From Malacoraja senta (taxonomy: Eukaryota), in NCBI GenBank assembly GCA_038087875.1, contig CM075994.1:186001-250000 (forward strand): a DNA stretch of 64,000 bases. The letters are read 5' to 3'. Position 1 is the stretch's first letter. Each line of letters starts with the position of its first letter. Positions 1-12,170 of this stretch are shown here, one piece after another. The translations under genes and the position numbers were made by a program. The notes under the pieces were generated by a model. The model did not search any database, was not told where the DNA came from, and saw nothing but the letters and a program-made list of their open reading frames with translations.

Positions 1-2693
1 TTAGATAGACACAAAAAGCTGCAGTGACTCAGCAGGACAGGCATAATCTCTGGATAGAATGAATGGGTGATGTTTCGGGTCGAGATCCTTCTTCAGACTG
101 GTTAGGGATAAGGAAAACAAGAGATATCGACGATGATGTAGAGAGATAAAGAACAATGAATAAAAGATATGCAGAAATGTAACAATATGCAGAAACAGGC
201 CATTGTTAGCTGTTTGTTGGGTGAAAACGAGAAGCTGGTGCAGGGCCGGCCTTAGGAGGTGCGGGGCCGAATTGGGAACAATTTTCATAGAAATATAAAT
301 ATATAATTTTAAATGAGTCATATTCAGGCATGAGTAATATGACAGTCAGAGTCGGCTTAAAAAAATCTTAAACCGCGCATGTGCAGATTGTTCTCCTCTC
401 CATAAAAATAAAAATACAAATAAATAAAGTAACAATTCAATTTGCCCAAGGCTTCCAAGTCTCGTTCATTCTGAATTACTGAATGGGTGGGGGATGGAGG
501 GTGATGGGAGATGGAATGGTGGTGGGAAAAACGGGAGCACACCGGTACAACATGAATCAGTTGTCATCTTATTCAATGACTATACTAGTTCAAGGGACCA
601 ATTGGGGGGAGAGTTCCTTTCACAGCGTGTGGGGAGTCTGGCCCGGGGTAAAGTTGCGGGGAGGGCAGGAGCAGTGAGAAGGAGTGGGTCGGGGTTCATG
701 CCAGTAACCCACTCACTCACCGCTACTGCGGCGCTCCGGGCACGGAGCCACCGCATTGTGGCCGGGGAGGGAAGCAGCTCGCGTGGCTATGAGCGGCCAG
801 CGGCCAGTGGCTATGAGCGGCCATCACCGGACAGTGGAACCAACTGCCATCTCAGCGCCTTCTGCCGGCCCGCTCACCTCTGGGAGTGCTCTCCATCTGA
901 ACGGTGAGGGGACCCGCTCAAGAGCAAAGATCATAAGCGGAGTGGGTCAGCGGGTGATGAATAACATCACAGCGGGCGGTGGAGCTTACTCCTGTGTCAG
1001 CGCAAACAAGAGATCGATTGAGGTTACTCACACTGATATATGGAGGAAGCTCCACCGCCAGCTGTCCTGTTATCCATCGCCCCCTGACCCGCTCTTGAGC
1101 TGGATGCTGGCATGATCCCCGACCCCCTCCTTCTCAATGCTCCTACCCTCCCCGCAACTTTACCCCTGGCCAGACTACCCACAGGCTGTGAAAGGAACTC
1201 CCCCCCCCAGCAGCGCTGACCTTTTACAGCCGCTTCACACTTTACAGCCGCTTCCCATCAGCTTCTAGCAATGAGGGATAGACTTGGCTATCCCTCGGTA
1301 TAGCAACATCGTGCTTGATGTTGCTGTCCTGAGGGATAATGATGTCTATCTTTCTTGGGTAACAACCTAATTTTCGGCCTCCAAGATGCGGGTACATTTA
1401 CTAGCAATGTTACAAAATTTTGAGATTTTATAAATCAAGTCTGGAATTTATCCCACCAGATAAAGCATAAAAAGAAGTCTAATTTGACACCTAATTCACT
1501 TTCATATCTTCAGTATTAAAAAAGTTATGGCCATTTTAATACTCGGAAATTAGCATCTTGTTCCCAATCGCTTTTTCATTGACTTAACACAAAACCTGTG
1601 ATCGAGGACAGTCAAAAGCCCATAACTTTCTTAAAACTTAAGAGAACTGAATTAAATTTTCAGTTATTATAGATTGAAGCATTCTCAAACAAATATAAAA
1701 CATCTTACTTGGATGACCTGAAATTAAAGCATATAATTAGTTAGTTACCAAATTGTAGTTAATTACAAAATTGACCGTTGTGACGGAAATAGTAATAAAC
1801 ACCCAGACAGCCTTGAAAACTATAAAATGTGATATTCTCAAGATCAGAACTTTAATATTATTGTATTATGTGCTGTAAGTCTGCAACAGATAGGTAAATA
1901 TATTACAATTTCTAGCAATAGACCAAGTCTTGATGGAGAAGACATAACAATGTAGCTGGTACATTGGCATATCATAATCAGTAGCATTCATCATACTCCT
2001 CAGATTGTAACCAATAAGCAACTCTGTACATCTTGTTTTTCCTCTACTTTTCAATTTTGGCATTGTAAACTACAAGTTTTTGCTCTTCAAACCACGCATG
2101 ACATGCCTTTCTGCCCACTACTTTCCCATTAAGAATGTCCTGTAGATTCCATTTCTTAAGAAAAGGATAATTTTTAAAAATAGCCTAAATATCCAAATAA
2201 GAAACTAATCCCATTAAAACAAGAATTCACAATATAACATGATTTTTAAATCTCACTGTCATGAATTTATATGCCAGATGGACAGAATTTAATGTTTAAT
2301 TCCCATAAAATAATCTAGAAACATCCACTCAATATAATCAAAATCTCTGTAGAACCTGCAATGTGGTATTACATGTATATTGCAATCAGTGATGGAAATG
2401 GGTTTTAGGAACTAGGGGTACGCTAAGGTCCGTGAGGCTGAGGTTGGGCAGGAAGGGGGTAAACACTATATGCCACCCATGAGAAATTTTACTTCGGAGT
2501 CACGTGAGTGATTCCGTGAAGAACCCCGCCAGTCCGCATGCGCGTCATTACATCTGACGCATGGCGCAGCGACCGGCTGGGAGGTGCATCGCTCCTCCAG
2601 CGGTAAGTTTAAAAACCCTCAGGTAAGTGTTAAACTTAGTCGGAGGTCGTTTTCTGCACTTGGTATTTCTCGTTTCAGGAGACAGGTTCGAGT

Positions 2694-3900
2694 ATGGAGA
2701 AAGCGTCGAAGGTGAAGGCAAGGCGAGCTGCCGGGAGAGTAGCTGTGGAAGACCGCGGGAGTGCGGGTAGCGGGCGGCCGCCTATCTCCCTACCGTGTCG
2801 CTGGCGGTACGGCCAGTGATTTCAGACGTGGTGTCCGAGAGCACCGTGGCCGCACCATTGGGGCGGAAAGCCACTAGAAAGTCTGCACGGCCCATAGACT
2901 CGGATGAGTCGGGCCGGGAGGGTTCCCCTCCGGTAATGGATAACGTCTTTGGACGTTTGTCCAGGATGGAGCTCCTAATGGAGAGGATGCTCCACCAAGA
3001 TACACTCCAACAGGAGGAGTTGTGTCAGCGCGGGTCTCCTCCGGGGCTTGCGTTAGCGGCACCTGTATCAGGGCTGCTTAATGTCTCCCTCTTGGAGGAG
3101 GAGAGCATGCGGAGGTCAGTTATATTCTGACGCCAAGTCTGTGGGTCTAGCAGTGGAGCATACCCCAAGGGATGAAGGGCACGAGCCAGAGGTACCAGTC
3201 CTGGCAGCAAGATTTGCCATCCCAACAGAAACAGGGGAGCTGCTGGGGAGAGTTGGTTGCAAGTATAAATTACTTGGCCTCACACCAGCTTCAAGAGCTT
3301 GGATGAAACGTCCCAGAAAATATGAGACCCCTGTTAATTGTGTCCTGCTCAAAGTGCCAGCGGTTAACCACACCATCTGGGGTCATATGGGCGTAGGCAT
3401 CAGAGGTCAGGAACTGAGGCTTCAGAGGGTTCTGAAGCTGCTTGCCTTGGGCATTACAGCATTCGCCAGGTTGGTGGATGGAGGGCACCTGTCTGATGTG
3501 CAGCAGGATGCCCTGGCCCTCATGTGCAATGCACACTTTGAGATTAATTGTCTGAGAAGGTGCCATCTGCCCTACTATTAACCCTAAGTTAAACCCCGCA
3601 AATATCCAGCCACCAATTCTGCTGTTCGGTGAAGACCTCCTCTAAAAGAGTCAAGGAGCTGGACGACGAGGCAAAACGGTCGGACTCATCAAAGCACCGA
3701 TGACCAGCAGAAACCTCGTTTCGGCGGCAGTACCCCGACAAACGGTTTGCTGAAACCCGTTCAGGACAAGGATCAAGCCGGCCATTCATAAATATGCGCA
3801 GCTGGCGCATTCCAACAGGGGCACGGGCGAACATGTCCTTACCCCCCAGAAACAGGGGGCAGAAAATTCCACCTGTACCCATGGAGGTAGGTGGGTCTGG
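2694..3900 (+). pseudogene. DIRS ORF1 (gag-like), frameshifted
   Basis: ATG at 2694. Fragments such as KYETPVNCVLLKVPAVNHTIW and QQDALALMCNAHFEINCLRR are split across frames upstream of the RT. Confidence 0.65.
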
Positions 3901-5808
3901 TTCTTGTCGGAACATATTAAGAGGGAATCACCTACAAGTTGGGGGAGATTACACTTCTTTTTGAGGGAATGGTATGGGATAACATCAGATCAGTTATACT
4001 GCAATATATACAAGGGTTTTGAATTGAATTCCTTCCCAATTTGCATCCACCCACACAGCATACACCAAACCGGACACTCGTTTTCTCACAAAAAGAGAAT
4101 TTGGAGGTACAAGCTGAAATTGAAAAGTTATCCAAAAAAAGGGGTAATTGAGAAAGTGGTTCACCAACCTCACCAATTCGTGTCTAATATTTTACCAAAG
4201 AAGGATGGGGCTGTCGAATCATCCTTGACTTGACGAGCCTTAACCCCTTTGTGCAGTATAAACATTTCAAAATGGAAACCTTTGTTACTGCCAAACAACT
4301 GATTTCCAGAGGATGTCATATGGCATGTATAGATCTTAAAGATGCATATTATTCAGTGCCTGTTCATAGGGATCATCTGAGATATTTGAAGTTTAGCTGG
4401 ATGAGGTAATTATGGCAATTTAAAGCACTGCCTAATGGGTTAACCTCGGCCCCTAGACTATTTACAAAACTGTTAAAACCATTGCTGGGGCTACTCCGGC
4501 TCAGAGTCATATTGTAATGGCTTCTTTGGATGATATTTTAATCATAGTGAAGACTCGGGAAGCAGCTGAATTATCTGTGTCAGCTGTTAAACTCATGTTA
4601 GAGAGATTGGGGTTTCTCAGCCATCCAGTTAAATCCAAATTGATACCAGTTAGAGTTATTGATTATTTGGGATTCACTATTAACTCAACTCATATGTCTG
4701 TGACTCTGCCCAGGTGCAAGAGATTAGACTTAATTGAAGGCTGGAACAAGCTCATGATGGAGCAGCAACCTTCAATTAGACATGTGACCAGCGTGATTGG
4801 TAAATTAGTGGCTGCCTTTCCAGCTGCACAATTTGGACCTTTGCACTACCAAAATTTACAATGTGCAAAGGAGCAGGCACTCAGGGTACATGCAGGTCAT
4901 TTTGACAGGCCTATGCAATTAACAGCTGAAGCCATTGTTGAAGTACAGTGGTGGATAGTGAACATTTGGAGTTGCTCCGGTAAAGTTCTGATTGAGAAAC
5001 CTTCAGTTGTCTTACAGACTGATGTTAGTGCCCTAGGATGGGGTGCTACTGATACCATCTCTAGCTGAGGAGGCAGATGGAATATGCATGAGGCATTTAT
5101 TCTTCAATCACATGGGATTAACTATTTAGAACTGTTGGGAGAATTCTATGGTCTTAAGGCTTATTGTACTAGTATGCGTCACTTGCATGTTCAGCTTCAG
5201 ATTGACAACACTACGGCAGTGGCGTATGTTAATCACATGGGTGGAATCAAGTCAGAATCTTGTGATAGATTGGCTAACCTTATATGGCACTGGTGTATTA
5301 CAAGAAATATTTGGGTTTCAGCTATCTACCTACCAGGTAGATTCAACATGGTGGCAGACACCAGATCACGCAAATTGAATGACAACACAGAATGGATGTT
5401 GAATCATGATGTAATTTAATGATATTGTTGTTCGGTATGGGATGCCAGATATCGATTTGTTTGCATCCAGACTCAATCACCAGTTACCGAAGTATGTTTC
5501 ATGGGAACCAGACTCAGGGGCAGTAGCGGTAGATGCATTCTCGCTACACTGGGGTGGAATGTTTTTTATACGCATTTCCCCTATTTTGCCTCATCAGTCG
5601 GTGCTTGCTCAAGATCAAGCAGGACTCCGCCTCAGGAGTTTTGGTGGTACCCAACTGGCCTACACAGCCATGGTTCCCACTCGTTTTGGGGATAATAACA
5701 CAGCCTATTATGATCGTCCCGAAACATAGTGACCTACTGGTGCACCCTGTAACTGGGGATCAACATCCATTACATGACCGTATTGATCTATTAATTTGCA
5801 GATTCTGA
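3881..5808 (+). pseudogene. DIRS pol: reverse transcriptase, RNase H and N6-adenine-methyltransferase-like domain, disrupted
   Basis: IDLKDAYYSVP (~4329), ALPNGLTSAPRLFTK, SLDD in place of YLDD, LQTDVSALGWG, INYLEL, QIDNTTAVAYVNHMGG, PDIDLFASRLN and LYAFPLF. Multiple stops and frameshifts. Confidence 0.92.
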
Positions 5809-5826
5809 GGAGGCCATGCCTGGGGC

Positions 5827-6762
5827 TTGGACTATCCGATCGAACCGTGGATGTGGAGGGATAGTACCAAAAAACAGTACATCTCTCATGTCAGGAAATG
5901 GGAGTTCTGCTTATGGGGGAACATAACATATCAAACGGCATGCATCTCAGATGTGCTAGAGTTTCTGTCAATGCTATATTTTGATGAAGGGTTGAGCTAT
6001 AGTGCCATCAATAGTGGCAGGAGTGCCTTGTCATCATTCTTATGGCTGGGGTCGGAACAACATTCTGTTGGATCTCACCCTTTAATATCCCGGTTTATGA
6101 AGGGTATTTTTAATTCCAATCCCCCCAGGTCCAGGTAATCTGAAATCTCTGATGTGAGCGTGGTACTCGCGCTGCTTCGCCAGTGGGCTCCAGCCACATC
6201 CCTGTCCTTGCCCAAAATCATCCTTAAGGTGGTCATGCTCATGGCGCTGGTTTCAGCGCAACGGGTCCTGATGTTGCAGAAGCTGCGACTGGACAGGATG
6301 GTGTCATCTAGAGATTACATAACGTTTTTCGTTTATGATTTAATTAAGCAGAGCAGACCAGGGGTGTCAGGATTCAAGCTTAATTTTTCGGCATACCCCA
6401 CGGATTTATGACTGTGTGTAGTTTCGCACTTACAACATTATATCACGGTCACCAAGAGCCTCAGAGGCTCAGAATCAGCATTATTTATTAGCCACAAAAA
6501 GCCGCATAAGAAAGTGTCAGTACAGACCATTTCAAGATGGCTGAAACAGGTTCTGGTTTGTGCAGGAGTAGACACTGTCAATTTTAAATCTCACTCCACC
6601 AGGGCGGCATCAACGTCAGCAGCGAGGGCAATGGACGTCCCTCTCAACCATATCCTCGTGGCCGCAGGATGGTCAAATCAACTGACTTTTCAAAGATTCT
6701 ATAACAAACCGCTTATCGAACCGGGGGTATTCGCCCATTCAATTTTAAGTTCTGTTTCATAG
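5827..6762 (+). pseudogene. DIRS tyrosine recombinase, disrupted
   Basis: LSYSAINSGRSALS, HPLISRFMKGIFN, LMALVSAQR, TISRWLK, HSTRAASTS, AGWS and TFQRFY catalytic-region motifs; in-frame stops at 6136 and 6409. Confidence 0.92.
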
Positions 6763-8553
6763 CTTCCCCCTGGGAGAGAGGGGTCACTAATGTTTTTTCT
6801 TTGTTAAATAAACCATTAACATATTCAAATCAATGTCATGGTTCAATGCATTGTTTATTATTCACTCATCCTGGGTCAATCGATGCAGTGAGACACCTGG
6901 ATTCGTATCTACGGCATGAAATCACAGAAGCTTTGAAATCTTCACGGAATCACTCACGTGACTCCGAAGAAAAATAGTAAGATTTAACGAGAACTTACCA
7001 GTTTGAAGTTTGATCTTTATTTTATGAGGAGTTACGATGAGCGATTACGTGCCCACCGCTCCCAACCCTCATATCACAAAGGTCGTCTGGTAGTTCTAGG
7101 TTTCTGATATTACTATGTTACTTCAATTACTGTTACCTGTGATTTCACACCGCTGCTTTGAAGATTGACGCGCATGCGTACTGGTGGGGTTCGTAATCGC
7201 TCATCGTAACTCCTCATGAAATAAAGATCAAACTTCAAACTGGTAAGTTCTTGTTTAATCTTACTATTTTATTTAACTCTGAAATTGAGGATAGACAAAA
7301 GCTGGAGTAACTCAGCAGGACAGGCAGTGCAGAGACTCTGGAGAGAAGACCCTTCTTCAGACTGAACTGAACTCTCGTCGGTGAGAGTACTTGTGATTGT
7401 CTAAAGAAGGGTCTCGACCAGAAACGCAACCCCCTCCCCAGAGCCCCTGCCCGTCCCGCTGAGCTACCACAGACAGGGAGTTGAAGGTAGACACAGGAGG
7501 GTCCACCTTCAACTTCAGAGCCAAAGAAAAAACACAGAGTGCTGGAGGAACTCAGCGGGCAAGGCAGCACCCGCGGAGGAAAACATATGACTTATCATGA
7601 GCCGCCATGGGCCAGGACTCTTTCCCCCTCCCCCCCCCAACAGAAAGGAACCGCAGATGCAGCCGTCACCGCAAAATGTCTAAGAAGGAACTGCAGATGC
7701 TGGAAAATCGGAGGTAGACAAAAATGCTGGAGAAACTCAGCGGGTGAGGCAGCATCTATGGAGCGAAGGAAATAGCCAACATTTCGGGCCGGGTCTGAAG
7801 ATGGGTTTCGACCCGAAATGTTGCCTATTCCTTCGCTCCATAGATGCTGCCTCACCCGCTGAGTTTCTCCAGCATTTATGTCTACTGCAAAACAATAATG
7901 GTTCCGGGAATGCCGAGGCAATAGGGTGAGTGAGAGGGAGTTAGAGAGCTAGAGAGAGACGAGATGGGAAGCGGGAGAGAGAGAGCGCGCGAGAGAGAGA
8001 AAGGGAGGGCGAGAGCGAAAGACAGAGAGACACAACGTGGGTCGGTAGGTAAATTGAATGACTAACCTGAAGAAGCTCGCCAAGAAACAATCAATCATGA
8101 TGGTGAGTTTTAAGAAATTCTCAATGTGTCATCAATGCATCTATCTACATTCCTCAGTAAATGTTATTGTGTCTTGATCAAGTATTAATGACGCCGCGTG
8201 AATTGTATTCAAAGGAACGTAGCGTCATTAATACTTGTTCAAAACACAATTACATTTATTGAGGAATGTGGATCGATGCATTGATGACACATTGTATAAC
8301 TACTTGTTAACTACTGGCTGTTAACAAGTGCTAACAGTAGTAGTTAACAAATCGTTTGTGTCTGATGGCCATGCAGCGGTTGTTATCCATGTTCATTTTG
8401 TAAAAAAATTTGTATGGGAATGTTTTTTTTAATCTTCATTTAACAAAGCAAATTTATATTTCCGTATGAAATACGAAAAATTAACGCAGGGCCCCCCTTA
8501 GGCGCGGGGCCCAATTGGGAGAAATCGGTCCAATCGGCTTAAGGCCGGCCCTG

Positions 8554-8895
8554 AGCTGGTGCAACTTTGGTGGGGGAGGGATAGCGAGAGGGAATGCCGG
8601 GGCTACCTGAAGTGATAGAAATCAATATTCATACCACTGAGCGAAGGTGTTCAGCAAAACGATCGCCCAGTCTACGTTTGTTCTCGCCGACATATAAGAG
8701 ACCACATCTTGAATAACGGATACAGTAGATGAGGTTGGAGGTGGTGCAAGTGAACCTCTACCTAAACTGAAAGGACTGTCGGGGTCCCTGGACCGTCAAG
8801 GGGGAGGTATAAGGTGCAGGGGAAGGTATCTAGGGAGGAGGTGGTTTGGGTGGGAAGGGATGTTAAAAAGGGGGTTGCGGAGGGAACGGTCTCTT
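8554..8895 (-). mobile_element. Penelope-like element fragment (GIY-YIG endonuclease); it continues at 1-240 on the other side of the hAT
   Basis: Minus strand ~8760-8640 translates FTCTTSNLIYCIRYSRCGLLYVGENKRRLGDRFAEHLR (GIY-YIG). Removing the hAT rejoins it to the 3' region and terminal repeat at 1-240. Confidence 0.85.
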
Positions 8896-9142
8896 TTGTA
8901 TATATTTTCTACACTGAATAAAGTTTATTATGGTTAAAAATAAAGTATTGGGTTGCAATGCAAGCTGCAATGGAGGTACCATGTCAAGTATTGCTTGCGT
9001 ATGGGATAGGCATGAGATGCAATGCAAGCACCCCAGATGCTGCCTGAACCATGGTGTTCCTCCATACATGTGTTTGGCTCAAGATTCCAGCATCTGCCGT
9101 CTCTTGTGTCTCCAGCTCTTCAGTATTGGTTCCAGATTTAGA

Positions 9143-9420
9143 GCGGCACAGTGGTGCAGCAGTAGATGTGTTGCCTCACAGCGTCAGAGACTCAGGTTTG
9201 ATCCTGACTATGGGTGCTGTCTGTACGGAGTTTGTCCCTTCTCCCTGTGACCATGTGGGTTTTCTCTGGGTGCTCCGGTTTCCTCCCACACTCCAAAACC
9301 ACGCAGGTGTGTAGATTAATTGGTAAGGTGTGTAAGGCAGCGTTGGTGTACAGGGTGATTACTGTTCGATGCGGGCTCAGAGGGCCGAAGTGCCTCTTTA
9401 TCTCTAAACTAAACTAAGCC
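9143..9420 (+). mobile_element. HE1-like tRNA-derived V-SINE
   Basis: tRNA-like head with A/B boxes, V-core gctgtctgtacggagtttg...ggtgctccggtttcctcccaca, and (ctaaa)n tail. Confidence 0.8.
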
Positions 9421-11789
9421 AAGCTAAGCTTGTGAAGAGAGGATAGACACAAAAAGCTGGAGTAACTCAGCGGTTCAGACAGCATCTGTGGAGAAAAACC
9501 CACGTGGTCACGGGGAGAACATACAAACTCCGTACACACAGGCCAAGGGGCCTGTTGCCGCGCTTTATCTCTAAAGTCTGAAACACTTTGTGTCTGCATC
9601 GAGCGATTTGTGTTACCCTAGCGTGAAAGAGGCATCTGCAGGCACATGGAAAATCAACAGGTGCAGAGCCTTAACTAAGGCACAAATAGCCGGATGTGGA
9701 TTCACACCATGTTCCAACGGCCCCAGCTAGCTCGATATTTTAATTGTTAGACAGCCCATATAGCTTCACACAACGACACTAGATTTTGACCTGTAAATTC
9801 CACAGAGTAAGTGTTGCATGTCTGGCTGGGTCAAGACTGGGTCAAAAGGATTAATGGGTTAATCGAGCTGTACAGCATGGAAACAGGCTCTTCAGCCCAC
9901 TTTGTCCATGCCGGCCAACTTGGCATCCTGGGCTAGTCCCGTTTACCTTCATTTGGTCCACAGCCCTCTTAAACCTTCCTACCCTAATATCTGGACAGTC
10001 ACTGTATTGAGTCTGTACGTTCTCCCTGTGACCGCATGGGTTTTCTCCGAGATCTTTGGTTCCCTCCCACACTCCAAAGACATAAAATCTAGTAGGAAGG
10101 GACTGCAGATGCGGGTTTACACTGTAGATAGACACAAAATGCCGGAATGGGTAACTCAGCGGGTCGGGCAGAGAAGGAATGGGTGACATTTCGGGTCGAG
10201 ACAAGGGTCGACCGTTCTGTATTTATGTTGTTGAAGAAACAACCTGTGAGTGGGTTTATTCAGGTTAACCTACAGTACAAAGCAAAGCAGACGGCAAAGT
10301 TAATCACCAATTGTCACACTTGTGAGATTTTGATGGTCACGTACAGCTTTACAGACAGAGATCGAGGTCTTGGTTTCTCCGCTTTGGAAGCTTTAATAGA
10401 CAGACAACTTATCACTTCATCTAAAGGCCATGGTGGGAAGCCAGAAACTGAATGTACTGCAGCCGTATAGAAAGCAGCGCATTTTCACACCTGCAGAGTT
10501 TTCACACCTAGTTATTGTTTTCACACCTGCAGTGTATTTGTCCACTACATCATTGAATCTGCACTCAATGTTTCCATCGATTAACCCTTTTCTTTCCAGA
10601 CCACCCAAAGAACCTGTCACTTAGAAAATCACCAAACATATGAAGGACTACGTGGAAACAAAAAGAACTGCAGATGCTGATATTTTTTTTTAAAACACTA
10701 ATTGCTGGAGTTACTCAGCAGGTCAGGCAGCATCTCTGGAGGACAGGGATAGGCGATGTTTCAGTGTGGTACCTTTCCTCAGATGTGTCTTGATTTGAAA
10801 CATCGCCTATCCATGTCCTCCAGTTAAACACCATGCCCCACTCCATTACCCCCTCCCCCTTCCTTGTTCTCCGACCAGTCTGACTGTCCCCCTGATTAAA
10901 TTTTATCTCTGTCTGCTTTGTTGTCACCTTCTCCGAGCTAATAGTGAACTATTCCACATTATCCTTGATCTCCATCCCCTTTAATGTCATGTTTTCACAC
11001 CTTGCACTTCCTTATCTCTGCGTCTCCCTCTCCCCTGACTCTCAATCTGTAGAAGGGTCTCAACCTGAAACATCACCCATTCCTTCTCTCCAGACATGCT
11101 GCCTGTCCCGCTGAGGTACTCCAGCATTTTGTGCCGATCTTTGGTGTAAACCAGCATCTGCAGTTCATTCCTACACATGCCCCACTGGATCTCTCTCCTT
11201 CTCACGACACATCTGTAATGATGATTCATTCTTGCACGCTGGGGGGGAAGATTGCAACCTTCACGTGGTCCGCCCTGTTTCGACTAATGCAATCAACTCG
11301 ACGTGCACAAACGGAAGATCAAATAGAACAATTTGTCCAACAACTTTAGGCTGTGCACGCCACACGAAAGAAGATTCTTGCATGCACATCTGTAATTCCT
11401 TGAGGCACATCTGTTTGCTCCCACAATCAAAAAGGAACCCATGTTACGTTTACAACTGCACTTCTTCAACAGCAACAGGGTGATCGCTGGTCGGCACGGA
11501 GGGCTTGTTTCCACATTGTATCTCTAAAGTCTAAAGTCTAAAGCAAGTCAATATTCTTGTATGCACACCTTATATATTTTTATTTTTATTAAATTTGGTC
11601 CTATCAATTTCGGGACGGCATGGTGGGGCAGCGGTAGAACTGCTGCCTTACCTCGTCAGAGTCCCGGGTTGAATCCTGCCCACGGGTGCTGTCTGTACGG
11701 AGTTTGCACGTTCTCCCTGTGACCACATGGGTTTTCTCCGGGTGCTCCAGGTTACTCCCACACTCAAAAGATGTGCAGGTTTGTAGGAT

Positions 11790-12170
11790 GGTAGATGAAG
11801 ATGGCACTGGCCACCACCGATTGGTAGAACATCTGCAGCATCTGAGTACAAACTCTGAAGGAGCGGAGCCTTCTCAAAAAGTACAGCCGGCTCTGTCCCT
11901 TCTTGTACAGGGCCACAGCGTTCCTGGACCAGTCCCGTTTACTGTACAGGTAAACTCCAAGATATTTGTACTCCCTGGTAAACTGCACATCCACACCATT
12001 GATGGAGACAGGGGACAGGGGTGTAACTCCTCATTCTTGCCGGTGTTGAGCTGCAGGTGATTCAGCCCACACCACTCGACAAAGTCGTCGACTACACCTC
12101 TGTATTCAGCTACCCTCGCCTCACTGATGCAGCCCACAATTGCAGTCATCCCAAAACTTCTGCAGGCGGC
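11790..12170 (-). mobile_element. Rex1/Babar-type LINE RT fragment
   Basis: EYRGVVDDFVEWCGLNHLQLNTGK, YKYLGVYL and KKGQSRLYFLRRLRSF. Confidence 0.8.

Larger units (their letters stand above)
2486..7271 (+). mobile_element. Full-length degenerate DIRS1-type tyrosine-recombinase retrotransposon
   Basis: Left ITR from ~2486 and right ITR ~7166-7271. The internal complementary region (~6940-7049) is complementary first to the 5' end, then to the 3' end. Domain order gag, RT, RNase H, methyltransferase-like, YR. ATTTTA at both junctions. Confidence 0.95.
241..8553. mobile_element. Non-autonomous hAT-superfamily DNA transposon (Tip100/Arthur-like ends) containing nested insertions
   Basis: Perfect 14-bp TIR CAGGGCCGGCCTTA (241-254; reverse complement 8540-8553) and 8-bp TSD AGCTGGTG (233-240, 8554-8561). 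A similar subterminal motif (cttagg...gcggggcc.aattggga) occurs at both ends. The uninterrupted host sequence is seen at 63951-64000. No transposase ORF. Confidence 0.9.

Noticed and set aside
2694..6762. Integrase plus methyltransferase plus RT read as a phage or bacterial defence module
   Set aside because: Domain order and ITR/ICR structure are those of a standard eukaryotic DIRS1 retrotransposon.
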